Shown in pieces: positions 43,745 through 55,395 of a stretch of 64,000 nt of DNA. The first letter of the stretch is position 1. Each line of letters starts with the position of its first letter. The notes under the pieces are model-generated. The model was not told where the DNA came from, did no database searches, and saw only the letters and a list, made by a program, of their open reading frames with translations. The translations under genes and the position numbers were made by a program. Origin of the DNA: an uncultured Chthonomonadaceae bacterium (lineage in GTDB: Bacteria > Armatimonadota > Chthonomonadetes > Chthonomonadales > Chthonomonadaceae); the NCBI GenBank assembly GCA_963817895.1, contig CAWFQB010000001.1, positions 1,216,001-1,280,000 on the forward strand. Reading direction: 5' to 3'.

Positions 43745-43823
43745 GTTGTTAGTTGTTAGGTTGTCAGGCAGGAAAGCGCGAGCCTATCGCCTGAATGACT
43801 AACAACTAACAACTAACAACCTG
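43742..43823. repeat. Convergent inverted arrays (TAG(G)TTGT)n / (ACTAACA)n
   Basis: Arms 43742-43768 (starts at the TAG stop) and 43798-43823 (next to the comB stop). Confidence 0.88.
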
Positions 43824-43824
43824 T

Positions 43825-44574
43825 TTACCTCACCAGAACTACCGGACACGCCACACTCGCAACCTCGGCTTCGGATACGAGAATGGGGATATGGGGCAGG
43901 GGGTCTATGCGGGCGCAGTAGCCAACATCGTCCCCGAAACCCCGGTTCGCGAGCGTTTGCGCGTGAATGCCCTCCATCCAACCCCGCAGCAGGTTCGGCT
44001 CCGTTTGCCACAGGCGGCGGGCGGCAATAGCCGAATCCGCCAGAACGGGCGCTTCCCACGCGCCTGCCATTCCCACAAGCGCTTCCACATACAACCCCGC
44101 TACGGTCGCGTCTTCCAGCGTGAATTGGTCGTTGGTTCCCGAACACACCAGTACGATGTCACTGCCCGATTCCTGCGCCGCCTGCCACGCGGCGCGAGCA
44201 ACCGCCATACGATTAATGGCCGCGCCCAAAAACACTTTGCGGGCATTGGCAACCATCGCGGTGGCTTTCGTGCCGTTCGTAGTGGAAAGCGCGACGGGAC
44301 GACCGGCAAAGTCCTCCCGCGCGAACTCGACCGGCGAGTTGCCGTAATCGAAATCCGGCACTTTGTAGCCCTCGGTTTCGCCGCACAGCGCGAATCCCTG
44401 CGCGCGGGCAAAACTCCGCGCCGCTTCATGGGACGCCGCCACATACACGCGGGGACACTGCCGCTCGAACAGTGTGGCAATCACCGTCGTCGCCCGCAGC
44501 ACGTCAATCACCACGCACACACATTCAGAAACATCCCCCGCCAGTTGCGGCAGCAGGGCAACGCGGATTTGCAT
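43825..44574 (-). CDS. comB: 2-phosphosulfolactate phosphatase family
   Basis: VVIDVLRATT, DYGNSP.E, STTNGT, FTLED...AG. Confidence 0.9.
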   Translation of the reverse strand: MQIRVALLPQLAGDVSECVCVVIDVLRATTVIATLFERQCPRVYVAASHEAARSFARAQGFALCGETEGYKVPDFDYGNSPVEFAREDFAGRPVALSTTNGTKATAMVANARKVFLGAAINRMAVARAAWQAAQESGSDIVLVCSGTNDQFTLEDATVAGLYVEALVGMAGAWEAPVLADSAIAARRLWQTEPNLLRGWMEGIHAQTLANRGFGDDVGYCARIDPLPHIPILVSEAEVASVACPVVLVR

Positions 44575-44583
44575 AAAAACTCC

Positions 44584-45251
44584 CTACTTCATCCTCTTCA
44601 ACTCCCGCTGATAAAACTCCACATTGCGCGGGTCCCAGCACCAGAGATGGACGGTTTTTAAGACGCCCCGGCACGATTTCAGCGCGTCCACAAGGGTAAA
44701 CGCAACGATTTCTGCGGTTTCGGCGCGCTGTTGGGCGGTAATCCAGTTGGGCTGCGCCAGCAGGTTTTCGGTCATATCGGGCAAAATCAGGCCCGTCGCG
44801 CCCTTTTGGGCGGCAAGCTGCGCGCCCCGGCGTACCGCCTGCCGGATCATGTCGGGACTGGTACGCTTGTTGTTATCGAACACAACGGCAAGCACGGTAT
44901 GGCGATAACGATACTTTGCGCCCGTGCCAATGAAAGCGTCGCCGGGCTGAAGCGGGGCCACTTTCAGGGCTTCATGCTGCGCAATGTCCGCGCCCCAGTC
45001 CCGCGCCATTTTCGCGATGCCGAATACCATGCGCAGGTCGGGCGCGACGGGGACAAGCAGGGCGTTATTTTGAAACAGCGTGTTGCCGATCATAAAGGGC
45101 AATTTACGTTGCGCCACAAACAGGTTGACGTTCAGGTCGCCCGAACGGGCGCGCGCGTGGTCGGCTGAATAACGGCCTGCGGGGCAATCATCTCGCGCCG
45201 GACATTCTCCACCGAACCCGTCGGTATAAGGTGCTTCAAAGGCGAGGCCAT
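44584..45251 (-). CDS. Macro-domain-like protein, probable frameshift near 45150
   Basis: AGGAG RBS before ATG 45251 (MASPLKHL...). NALLVP...L.M..GIA...EA...PLQPGDA..G.G...Y..T.LAV resembles a divergent macro fold. Confidence 0.65.
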
Positions 45252-45271
45252 ACAATCTCCTTGTTATAGTA

Positions 45272-45381
45272 GCCCTCACCCCCGGCCCCTCTCCCAACTT
45301 TGGGAGAGGGGTGACTGTGAACAGGCAAATTCAGCATATTAGCCTTCTCCCAAAGTTGGGAGAGGGGCCGGGGGTGAGGGC
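45272..45381. repeat. REP doublet (BIME-like inverted pair)
   Basis: GCCCTCACCCCCGGCCCCTCTCCCAACTTTGGGAGA ... TCTCCCAAAGTTGGGAGAGGGGCCGGGGGTGAGGGC. Confidence 0.9.
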
Positions 45382-45389
45382 TTGAATAA

Positions 45390-46010
45390 TTAAACTGTAC
45401 CAAACAGCCGGTCACCGAAATCCCCGAGACCGGGCAGAATATAACGCTTTTCGTTTAGTTCGCGATCCAGGGCGGCGGTGACGATGCGCAGGTCGGGAAA
45501 CTCCGCTTCCAGATACTTCACGCCTTCGGGCGCGGCCACCATGCACAGCAATTGCAACTGTGACGCGCCCGCGTCCATCAACTGCCGGACGGCGGACGCG
45601 GCGGAACCTCCCGTCGCCAGCATCGGGTCGAGCAGCAGCGTGGTACGGCCTTGCAGGGGAGGCAGTTTACAATAATACGCGCTGGCAATGGCTGTCGTCT
45701 CATCGCGCTCCAGCCCCACATAGCCGACAGTCGCTTCCGGCAGCAGTTCCAGAACCGCGTCCAGCATCCCCAATCCCGCCCGCAACACGGGAACGGCCAC
45801 CAGTCCGGTATCCAGCACTTGCATTTCCGTATCTTCTAGCGGCGTCCGAACGATTTGCGGGCGCGTGGGCAGATAGCGCGTGGCTTCCACCACCAGAATC
45901 TGCGTCAGGGCGCGCGTCAGGGTACGGAAATGTTCGGGAGGCGTGGTTTCATCCCGCAATTGCGCCAGCAGATGCCCGCCCAGCGCATGTTCCAAAACGG
46001 TCAGGGGCAT
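45390..46010 (-). CDS. upp: Uracil phosphoribosyltransferase
   Basis: VPVLRAGLGM, LLDPMLATGGS, YILPGLGDFGDRLFGT. Confidence 0.97.
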   Translation of the reverse strand: MPLTVLEHALGGHLLAQLRDETTPPEHFRTLTRALTQILVVEATRYLPTRPQIVRTPLEDTEMQVLDTGLVAVPVLRAGLGMLDAVLELLPEATVGYVGLERDETTAIASAYYCKLPPLQGRTTLLLDPMLATGGSAASAVRQLMDAGASQLQLLCMVAAPEGVKYLEAEFPDLRIVTAALDRELNEKRYILPGLGDFGDRLFGTV

Positions 46011-46022
46011 AGGAAACTCCAG

Positions 46023-46140
46023 AGTAGATGGGTAGATGGGTAGATAGGTAGATAGGTAGGAGCCTTGCATAAGATTGTCTGGCTTAATATAAAGTAACGA
46101 ACAAGCGCCATCTACCAATCTACTCATCTACCCATCTACT
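46023..46140. repeat. Convergent inverted octamer arrays (GGTAGATG/A)n / (CATCTACC)n
   Basis: Arms 46023-46060 and 46109-46140; the second encodes the plsC C-terminus SRWVDE*. Confidence 0.9.
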
Positions 46141-46788
46141 CTCCTTCAGCAACTCCTGAATCGCTTCCATAATCCGCGCGGCGATTTCATTGCGCGGCAT
46201 ATCGGCGGGGAAGGTCAGCGGCTTGCCGAAGGCGACGGTGAGCCCCGCGCGTTTCAATTTGTTCTGGCCGACGGGCATCATTTCATACGTGCCGGATATG
46301 CCGACCGGCACGACGGGCGCGCCGCTTTTCTGCACAAGCAGGCCGATTCCCGCCTGTGGGGCCTGCAATTCGCCGTTGGGAGAGCGCGTTCCTTCCGGGA
46401 ACAGTCCCACCGCTTCGCCTTTTGCCAGCAGATCCAGAACGGCGCGAATCATAGCGCGGTCTGCCGTGCCGCGCTTGACCGGAATCGCGCCAATGCAGTT
46501 CATAAAATAGCGGGTGAGAGGATTCTGCCACAACTCCACTTTGGCGACGCCCCACATTTTACGCTTGACCCGCAACGTGGCCCAGCCCAAAACAGGGTCT
46601 ATGTTACTGGCATGGTTGGCCGCGAAAATTACGGCGCCCGATGCCGGAACATTTTCCAGCCCGACCACTTTGCACTTGCCGTACCACCCGAAGAAGCCCC
46701 GCGCCGCTGCAGCAAATACATGGTGCATCACAGCCATGTCCGGGCGCGGCGTCAGGTTTACGGTATATTCCGGCGCGCTTTTAGTCAA
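46120..46788 (-). CDS. plsC: 1-acyl-sn-glycerol-3-phosphate acyltransferase
   Basis: ANHASNID, FPEGTRS, PVVPVGI.G. Confidence 0.9.
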   Translation of the reverse strand: MTKSAPEYTVNLTPRPDMAVMHHVFAAAARGFFGWYGKCKVVGLENVPASGAVIFAANHASNIDPVLGWATLRVKRKMWGVAKVELWQNPLTRYFMNCIGAIPVKRGTADRAMIRAVLDLLAKGEAVGLFPEGTRSPNGELQAPQAGIGLLVQKSGAPVVPVGISGTYEMMPVGQNKLKRAGLTVAFGKPLTFPADMPRNEIAARIMEAIQELLKESRWVDE

Positions 46789-47465
46789 CCCTCAACCCTC
46801 GACTTGTTTCAGTATACGCTGCGACGACCTGCGCAATGCTCAACCCGTCCGTATTCAGCAGGATGGCATCGGCGGCGGCAATCAAGAGGCGAGTCGGCTC
46901 GGTGGCTGTCACGATTATCGCGTTCGCGTTGTTCCGCCAGTGTTTGCGCGTAGTCTACGGTCATGCCTTTGGCTTGCAGGTCTTCCACGCGCCGCCGCGC
47001 CCGCTCCTCATCGCTGGCTGTCAGGAAAATCTTCACCTGCGCGTCGGGAAAAACTACCGTGCCGATGTCGCGGCCCTCCAGAACCACGCCCCGCGCATCT
47101 GACTGCCCCAATCGCCGCTGCTGCTCCACAATCACGCGGCGCAATGCCGGAAACGCGGAGATAGTTGACGTAATGCTGCTGACGTGGGGCGTTCGTATCG
47201 CGTCGGTTACGTCCTCGCCGTCCACCTGCACCGTTTGCCGCATATCCGGAGTCAGGACGGAAAATTGCAGGTTCAATGATTGCGCCAGACTTGCCAATGC
47301 TTCAGCATCGGTTATATCCACGCCGGTTTGCAGCGCTTTCCACGCCACGGCCCGGTACATCGCGCCCGTATCAATGTATGTTAAATGCAGGGCGGAGGCT
47401 ACGCGCCGCGCAACCGTGCTTTTGCCGGCTCCCGCCGGTCCGTCAATGGCAATTGTCAGGGGCAT
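46781..47465 (-). CDS. cmk: Cytidylate kinase, frameshifted near 46885
   Basis: IAIDGPAGAGKST, DTGAMYRA, EGRDIGTVVFPDA; the tail AADAILLNTDGLSIAQVV is in another frame; end approximate. Confidence 0.95.
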
Positions 47466-47700
47466 CGCCACTCCTGAATGGGTTCAACTCACAGCTCAAA
47501 AGAATCATTCGCATTTGATGAAAACTGCACAGGATTATAACATATTCGGCGCGAAAATAACAGCGAGCATCCAGCTCTGGATTGGCTGAAGTCTCGATTT
47601 TGTTGTACCCTGCTGTACTCTGTTGTTATTTCTTGTTTTATGCTCCCTTACTTAACCCGGCGCGGGTGCAGCAATTTTTGCCCAAAGGAGCATTTTCATT

Positions 47701-47910
47701 ATGCGCCCTATTGTGACCCCCTCCCAAAAAGCGGCTTCCGCGCTCCGCCGCGCCGAAAAAGCGCTTCGTAACTGGCAGGACGACCCTGACAGCCCGCGCA
47801 GCGATGTAGACAAGATGCTGCATATCATGGCTGACCTGTGCGCGTGGACGCAGGGCCATGTCTTAGCCGATCTGGATCGCGCTCGGGAACGGGCGCGTGA
47901 CCCGGATTAA
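47701..47910 (+). CDS. Hypothetical 69-aa helical protein
   Basis: AAGGAG RBS; fills the gap between cmk and the next gene. Confidence 0.6.
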   Translation: MRPIVTPSQKAASALRRAEKALRNWQDDPDSPRSDVDKMLHIMADLCAWTQGHVLADLDRARERARDPD

Positions 47911-47962
47911 ATTCAGTCCGCGAAATTTGATAGAACTGGAAAGTTTCGAGAGGATTGTGCTG

Positions 47963-50076
47963 ATGCCGTTTCCCGAAGATTATACGGAGCGCGTTTATGC
48001 GGGCGTGTTGGGCAAATTGATCGGCGTGTATCTGGGCCGTCCGTTCGAGGGCTGGAGCTACGAGCGGATCATGGCCGAGTTGGGCGAAGTCTGGTACTAC
48101 GTCCATGAGAAGCGCGGGACGCCCCTGATTGTCACGGATGACGATATATCCGGCACGTTCACGTTTCTTCGCGCCCTGCCCGACTACGCCAATTCGCCCG
48201 ATTTGACGCCCGAACAGATCGGGCAAACGTGGCTCAACTACATCATCGAAAACCGCGCCATTTTGTGGTGGGGCGGCATGAGCAATTCTACCGAACACAC
48301 GGCTTTTTTGCGCCTGAAGTCGGGCATTCCCGCGCCCCGTTCCGGCAGCATCGGCCTGAACGGACAGACCGTTGCCGAGCAGATCGGGGCGCAGATTTTC
48401 ATTGACGGGTGGGGCATGGTTTGTCCCGGCGACCCGGAACGCGCAGCCGATTTCGCCCGTCGCGCCGCCGGCGTCAGTCACGACGGCGAGGCCATTTACG
48501 GGGCGCAGGTTGTGGCCGCGATGGAAGCGCAGGCGTTTGTCGAATCGGATATAAACGCGTTGCTGGATACCGCCGTCCGTCTGATTCCGCGCGACTCGGT
48601 TATTTATCGGCTGATTGCCGACCTGCGCGAATGGCATGACGCGGAACCCGACTGGCGCAAAACACGAGAAAAGATCGTGGCGCGATACGGCTACGACAAA
48701 TATGGCGGCAACTGCCATATCGTCCCCAACCACGCGCTCATTATCCACGCCCTCCTGCACGGCGAAGGCGATTTCCAAAAATCGCTGATGATCGTCAATA
48801 CGTGCGGGTGGGATACGGACTGCAATTCCGGCAACGTGGGTTGCCTGCTCGGTATCCTCAACGGATTGGCAGGCATTGACGACGGCCCCAATTGGCGCGG
48901 GCCGGTTGCCGACCGAATGTACCTTCCCACCGCAGACGGCGGAAGGTGCATCACGGATGCGGTTCAGGAAACCTACCGTATCGTCAACATAGCCCGCGCC
49001 TTGCAGGGGGAACCGGGAGTTACGCCCAAGAACGGCGCGCGTTTCCATTTCAGCCTGCAGGGAAGCGTACAGGGTTTTCAGCCCGAAGACAGCCCTGAGT
49101 GTCGCAGAGTGGTTTCTGTGGGTAATACGGATTGGACTCAGGAGAGCCGGAGGGAAACCAACCGTCTTGAATTGGACTTTGCTTACCTCGCCCCCGGACG
49201 CGCCGCCCGCGTCGCAACTCCTACGTTCATCTTGCCTTCTGAGGCGAATATGAGCGGCTATGGGATGATTGCCTGCCCGACCCTGTACCCCGGCCAGACA
49301 ATAAAGGCCGCGCTGCATGCGGAATACAATGACCAATCCCCCCGTCAGGTCAACGGACTGTCTTTACATCCGCGTCTATGACAAAGACGACAAATTACAG
49401 CATGTTTTTGGACCAGAAGAGGTGTTGACCGCTGGCTTTGATACTCTGCTGCAATGGCAAGTCTCCGATACAGGCGGCTTTCCAATTGCCGAAGTAGGTA
49501 TTCAGCTTACTGCCGCAGAATGTGTATTCGGTCAGATGCTCGTAGATTACCTTACGTGGGATGGCGCGCCGAACTTCACGCTGGAACGTCCACCCGGAAA
49601 AATGGCAAAACAGCAGTGGGCGAACGGCGTGGATCATTTCGAGACGCCGGAGGGGGAGGGATTTCGGCTGATACAGGACAGGGGAACGGGGCTGATTATT
49701 CATGGAACGCGGGAGTGGACGGATTACGAAGTTTCGGCGGCAATCACGCCGCACAGCGTAAAGTCGTGCGGGCTTGCCGCGCGGGTGCAGGGCTTAAAGC
49801 GCTACTACGCGCTGCTGCTTGGCAGCGACAACAGAGCGCGATTGGTGAAAGCGCTGGATGGCGACACGGTTCTGGCCGAAATGGATTTTCCGTTGCAAGT
49901 GGGCAGGCAATATGAGTTGAGTCTGCGGGTTACGGGAAATCGGATTCGGGCGGGCATAGACGGCGCGGCAGTGTTCGAACGTGGAGGATGGGGAACGGCC
50001 TTTGTTGGAGGGAACCATTGGGCTGGTGTGCGAGGAGGGACGGATGGCGGCGCAATGGGTGAAAGTGCAGCCGTAG
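47963..50076 (+). CDS. ADP-ribosylglycohydrolase family protein with C-terminal beta domains; frameshifts near 49350 and 49980
   Basis: YAGVLGK.IG..LGRPFEGW, VTDDD, GWDTDCNSGNVG; continues through ORF 49317 and ends ...GLVCEEGRMAAQWVKVQP*. Confidence 0.85.
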
Positions 50077-50251
50077 TGTCACGCAATGGATGGCAAGCCC
50101 GTGTTGTATTATGAGCGTAATGGGGCAGAACCCGGCGCGTTACAGCGTTTCATCGCCGTGTATTGTTGCTATCTCCGCAGGGGCAGGCTTTTCAAATCAG
50201 TCGCAACAAGAACCGCGCCTGCTCGTCTTGTCCTGTAAAGGAGGGCTAAGA

Positions 50252-52144
50252 ATGGCCTGCCGAACGTTCCGAATGTGGATACCATTTTTACCGAGTCTGT
50301 CCTGCGCGTCGTTGGGGTTGCTCTGGGGGTTCTCTGCAATACCTGCGCAAACCGCTTCCTCCGCTCCGCAAATCAAGCCTGTACCGCCTGCGCCCGCGCT
50401 TTCTCTTGCTGACGACGTTCGCCTGAATGTTCCTGTCGGCGTTCAGGCGAACGGCATTGAATTGCAGGAGTTGCTTAAACAGGTAAGCCCGTCGCCCCTT
50501 ACTCTCAAAGCAGACCGTTTTTGCGCCGGACAGAAAATCCAACTCAGCCTGCATCCGCGCCCTCTGCGCCAGTTGATGTACGCGCTTGCCGAACTGCTGC
50601 CGGGAACGTGGCGGACGCTTGATGACAAAAGCGGCTATATCCTGCGTATGTCACCTGCTGCCGTACAAAGGCGGGAAAAGTGGTGGCGGATATTTGAGCA
50701 GGAGCGCGAACAGGAGATTGCCGCCCTCCGCGCCGCCGTCCTTGCCGCCATGCGTACCCCGCCGTACCGGCGCAAACCCGGCGAACCCGATTCCGAACAC
50801 GCCAATCCACAGATAGAAGCGCAGATTGCCGCTGAACACAGTTTTTTCAACGTTCTGGCGCCCGAACAGCAGGAGCGCATCGCCAACAGCCTGAACGACA
50901 TACCATTGAACAGCGGGGGTGGCGACATGGGGTTTGGCGAGGAGGAGGCCGTACAGATCGCGTTTACCGATCTGCCGCCCGCCGCGCAGGAGATACTGCG
51001 CAAAGACCCCGGCAACAGCCTGTTCGCGTCGCGCCGCAATGTTGACTGGAATATGGTGACGGTGCGCTTCGATAATACCGGCAGCAATGTTGCCGGCAGC
51101 ATCGCCCTGCCCAACGGAGAAGCCTCCATGGGGCAGGCGCTGCGCGTTCCGTTCGAGCAATCGCTCACGCTCGGCATTGACCACCGAAATCTCGCCTATT
51201 CCGCCCATCTTCTGGAACGCGCCGCGCCCAAAACTCTGAAGCGGTGGCCGGAAACGTGGAAACAACTGCTGACTTACCAGAACAGCCGCGTGTGGCCCAA
51301 TGACGCGCCCCTGCGTCCGTCGCGCCTGTCGCCGCCGCATCGTTCGGATGTGCTGCGTAAAATCAGCGCGCAAACCGATATAGAGTTTGTAGCCGATTAC
51401 TATTCCAAATCCGGTCTTCCAATTCAACTGGATTTCGCTTACGCCGCATCAGCGGCAAAAGGACCGATTTCCGCCCACGCGCTGAAAACCGCGCTTGACG
51501 ATGCCGCCGCGCTGGAGGATATGAGCTGGAAGCGGGAAACGGGCGGGCTGTACCTGTTTCGTAACAATCGCTGGTATCGGGACGATCTGCTGGAAGCGCC
51601 GGACGCGCCGGTAAAGCGGTGGATGGCGGAGCAGGCGAAGCCGGACGCGGAACAGCGCCGCCGCGCCTGGAAAACGGAGTGGACGCCACAGTACATTCGG
51701 GCGCAGATGGATTGGGAGGCGGATGTGGTTTCCAATCTAAGTCTGTGGCAAATCGGCATTGGTCTGCATTGGACGGCGAATGAGGATTACCTTGCTACGC
51801 TGCAAACCTTTGCTTCTACGGATGAGTGGTCTTCCCGTTTTATGCGGGCGTTGACGTTCCAGAGAGAAACGGCGCGTATTCTGGGCGAGTATCATACCAC
51901 GCGGTTTTATGCCGGTCTGGGCAGCGAACAGCGCGACGCCATCATTGCCAATCGCCTGCCCTTTACTTCCCTGACGCCCGCGCTTCAGCAGCAGGCAGCG
52001 GCCCTGTCGCCGCGTCTTCGCGCCCTGCTTACATCGGGCGCGGCCCCTGTACTGTTGGGGTTAAACTCCAACATCGGCAAAGAGCCGACAGACCCCAACA
52101 ACATGCCGCGCGTTCGCCTGACGGCGGTTGCCGTGCCGCCGTAA
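50252..52144 (+). CDS. Hypothetical secreted protein
   Basis: AAGGAGG RBS, signal-like N-terminus, about 630 aa; no family recognised. Confidence 0.7.
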   Translation: MACRTFRMWIPFLPSLSCASLGLLWGFSAIPAQTASSAPQIKPVPPAPALSLADDVRLNVPVGVQANGIELQELLKQVSPSPLTLKADRFCAGQKIQLSLHPRPLRQLMYALAELLPGTWRTLDDKSGYILRMSPAAVQRREKWWRIFEQEREQEIAALRAAVLAAMRTPPYRRKPGEPDSEHANPQIEAQIAAEHSFFNVLAPEQQERIANSLNDIPLNSGGGDMGFGEEEAVQIAFTDLPPAAQEILRKDPGNSLFASRRNVDWNMVTVRFDNTGSNVAGSIALPNGEASMGQALRVPFEQSLTLGIDHRNLAYSAHLLERAAPKTLKRWPETWKQLLTYQNSRVWPNDAPLRPSRLSPPHRSDVLRKISAQTDIEFVADYYSKSGLPIQLDFAYAASAAKGPISAHALKTALDDAAALEDMSWKRETGGLYLFRNNRWYRDDLLEAPDAPVKRWMAEQAKPDAEQRRRAWKTEWTPQYIRAQMDWEADVVSNLSLWQIGIGLHWTANEDYLATLQTFASTDEWSSRFMRALTFQRETARILGEYHTTRFYAGLGSEQRDAIIANRLPFTSLTPALQQQAAALSPRLRALLTSGAAPVLLGLNSNIGKEPTDPNNMPRVRLTAVAVPP

Positions 52145-52232
52145 AAGGCTCTTTGCCTGTAGCATTTTGTCAATCTATCGAGTATACTGTTCGATATACG
52201 ACTTTGTAAACGAAAGGCTGAACACCGCTTTT

Positions 52233-55155
52233 ATGAATGAACTGAATATTCGCCCCGCCGCGACCGAAATACCCCGCCCCGAACACCCGCGCCCCGACTT
52301 TATGCGCCAGCCCTGGGTGAATCTCAACGGCACATGGCGCTTCACGTTCGACCCGCGCAATGTGGGCGAACAGGATAGATGGCATCGCGTTACGCACCCG
52401 GAACTTCGGACGCAGGCGGGCATTTTGAACTCCGACCCGTTTGGCGATCATATTGTCGTCCCGTTTCCATGGGAAAGCGCATTGTCTGGCATCGGCGAAA
52501 CCGAGTACAAGGGCGCGGCGTGGTATCAGCGATTGTTGGAAGTTCCCGAAGCGTGGGCTTCCGAAGACGCAGGCAGTGGCCCCAAAAACGCGCGCGGCCT
52601 GCCCGGAATGGAAGAATCGGCCACATCCGTTACGGCGTTAGGCGCGAATGTCGTCTGGCGCGTCCGTCCGTTTCTGTGCTTCGGCGCGGTGGATTGGAGC
52701 GCGAAAGTATGGATCAACGGGCGCTTTGTGGGCGAACACGTTGGCGGCTACACCCCCTTTGAACTGGATATTTCGCGCTACGTCCGTCCCGGCAAGCCCG
52801 CCACGCTGACCGTCCGGGTTTACGACGCCTGCGACGCGGATACCCTGCTCGGCAAGCAGACAACCGACTGGTACAACCATTCCGGCGGCATCTGGCAAAC
52901 CGTATGGCTGGAGGGCCGCGCCCCGACTTACATTCAGCATATCCACGTCACGCCCAACATCGAAACCGGGGAAGCACTGTTCGCCGTCACTGTTGTGGGC
53001 GCGGAAAACCAACCCTGCCGCGTCACCATTTCCTCACCCAAAAACGAATTCCCCGATACCCATGCCGACGTGTCCCCTGACGGAACCGCTCTCCTCCCCA
53101 TTTCCGTTCCCAATCCCCACCTCTGGTCCCCCGAGCATCCACATTTGTACGACGCGGTGGTACGTTTGGAGGAAGAAAAGGAGAAAAGGAGAAAAGGAGA
53201 AGAGGAGACAGAAAATACGCAGTCGAAAATCGAAAATCGAAAATCGAAAATCGAAAATGACGAAGTCGTTACCTACTTCGGACTGCGCAGCGTGACGCGG
53301 GGAAAGTGGAAGGACAAGCCGTATGAGTACGTTTTGCTCAACGGCGAACCGGTGTATTTGCGGGGCGCGTTGGATCAGGCGTTTACGCCGGACGGCCTTC
53401 ATGCCTATGCGACGGATGACGCGATACGGCAGGATATTCAGATCGCCCGCGACATGGGGCTGAACATGCTGCGCTGCCATATCAAGGTGAACGATCCGCG
53501 CTACTACTACTGGGCGGACAAGTTGGGCGTGTTGATGATGTACGACCTGCCTTCCGCCAGTTTGTACACGCCGACGGCGCGGGCGCACTGGGAAGCGACA
53601 ATGCGCGACGCCTTTCAGCGCGATGGCTCGCACCCGTGCATTATCGCGTGGATTCTGTTCAACGAAACGTGGGGGCTGGAAGAGCATCAGACGCCCGCAA
53701 GCTGGAACTGGGTACGGGAGATGTTCGCGCTGGCAAAATCGCTGGATTCGACCCGGCTGATCGAGGACAATTCCGCGTGTCTGTACGACCACGTTCAAAC
53801 CGACATCAACACGTGGCACTTCTACATCAGCAATTACGACCGGGCGCGGCGGCACGTTCAGCGCGTGGTGGACCTGACGTATGAGGGTTCGCCGTTCAAC
53901 TATGTCGGGCACGAGTACAGGCATGTCGAGGGTTCTGAGGAGTTCAAGCAGGGAATCGAGCCGCTGCTCAACAGCGAGTACGCGGGATTGGGCGCGTCAG
54001 GCGGCGACAAGGACATTTCGTACACGTTCAAGTACCTGACGACGGAACTGCGCCGCCATGCCAAAATCTGCGGCTACGTGTACACGGAACTGACCGACAT
54101 CGAATGGGAACACAACGGCTTTGTCAATTACGACCGCTCGGCCAAAGGTTATGGCTACGAACAGGCGTTTCCCGGCATGAGCGTGGCCGACCTGAACGGC
54201 GCGGACTTCATCGGGCTGGACTGCGCCCCCTGCAAAACGCTTGCGCCGGGTTCCGCGTGGAGCTGCGCCCCTGTTCGTGTCGCATTGGGACAAAAAGCGC
54301 ATGGAAACCGCGCAGGTCTGCTGGCACATTACTTCCATTGACAATTCGGGCGAAACACATTTGCTGGACGAGGGCAGGCGCGAAATCCGCCCGGAACAGT
54401 ACGATGTAACGGACGCGGGCGCGCTGGAAATAACCTGCCCCAACGGACACGCGCTGCTGACAGTCGCGTTCTGGCTGGAAGATGAACACGGCAACAGTTC
54501 GCGCCCGCAACTACGTCAACATAGATGTACACGACGGCAAGCCGCTAAGACCGCTGGAACGGACGGCACAGGGCTACGCGCTGCGGTTCGCGCCGGGCGA
54601 TTATCTGGAAACCTCGCGGCAAAATCCCACCGTAGGCGGAAACGGCAACAAATTCGTTTGTGGCGGCGCGGGTTGGATAGATTACGCGCTCAAACTGCCG
54701 GAAAGAGTCGACGCGAACGCGATTCAGGGCCTGCGCGTTGTGTTCGAGGCGGGCGTCAAGGACGGCGGGCGGGCGCATGGGCTGGAAGCGGACATGGCAC
54801 GAAGTCCGGCAACAGCTACCCGCAAACCCATGCCGCGCAGAAGGGCAGCCGGGTTCAAGTGAGCATCAACGGCGTATCGCTCGGTGAGGCCACGATTGCC
54901 GACGATCCCGCCGATGCGCGGGGCGTGTTGAGCGCGCATTTGCACGAAAACTTCGAGTTCGCGTCCTACGGCTTCCTGACAACGCTTCAGGTAGATGCGG
55001 CAAAAGCGCGTGAGATTCTGGCGGCAAGCGAAAACGGCGAGATTATTGTCCGCTTCGAGGTTCCCCGCGTTGCGGGAGCCAACGGCCTGAATCTATACGG
55101 CGAACGTATGGGCGCGTACCCCGTCGCCCCGACTGTGTTTCTGGATATGGAATAG
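52233..55155 (+). CDS. Glycoside hydrolase family 2 with C-terminal extension; several frameshifts between ~54260 and 54800
   Basis: PRPEHPRPDF.R..W.NLNG.W, FGAVDW, GIWQTVWLE, LWSPEHPHLY, RGALDQ, LFNETWG, LNSEY. Confidence 0.9.
53169..53257 (+). repeat. In-frame bipartite element, copy 6: (GAAAAGGA)3-GAAGAGGA + (TCGAAAA)5
   Basis: Octamers 53175-53206, heptamers 53223-53257; encodes EEEKEKRRKGEEETENTQSKIENRKSKIEN. Confidence 0.95.
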
Positions 55156-55395
55156 TACCTCACCCCCGGCCCCTCTCCTTGCCGCGCAACGCGCTAGGAG
55201 AGGGGTGACTATTGATTAGCCTCCATGAACTCCGTTCACCATAGAGCATTAAAACAAGCGGCTCCCCTTCTCCCAAGCTTTTTTGGGAGAAGGGGCCGGG
55301 GGTTGAGGGCTATTTTCAGAACAGAGCATCTACCAATTACGCTCTCCCCTCTCCTGGCGCGTTGCGCGGCAAGGAGAGGGGCCGGGGGTGAGGTA
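55156..55395. repeat. Cluster of three REP-like elements; outer two form a 50-bp inverted repeat
   Basis: 55156-55205 vs 55346-55395 (1 mismatch); middle copy 55262-55310. Confidence 0.9.
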
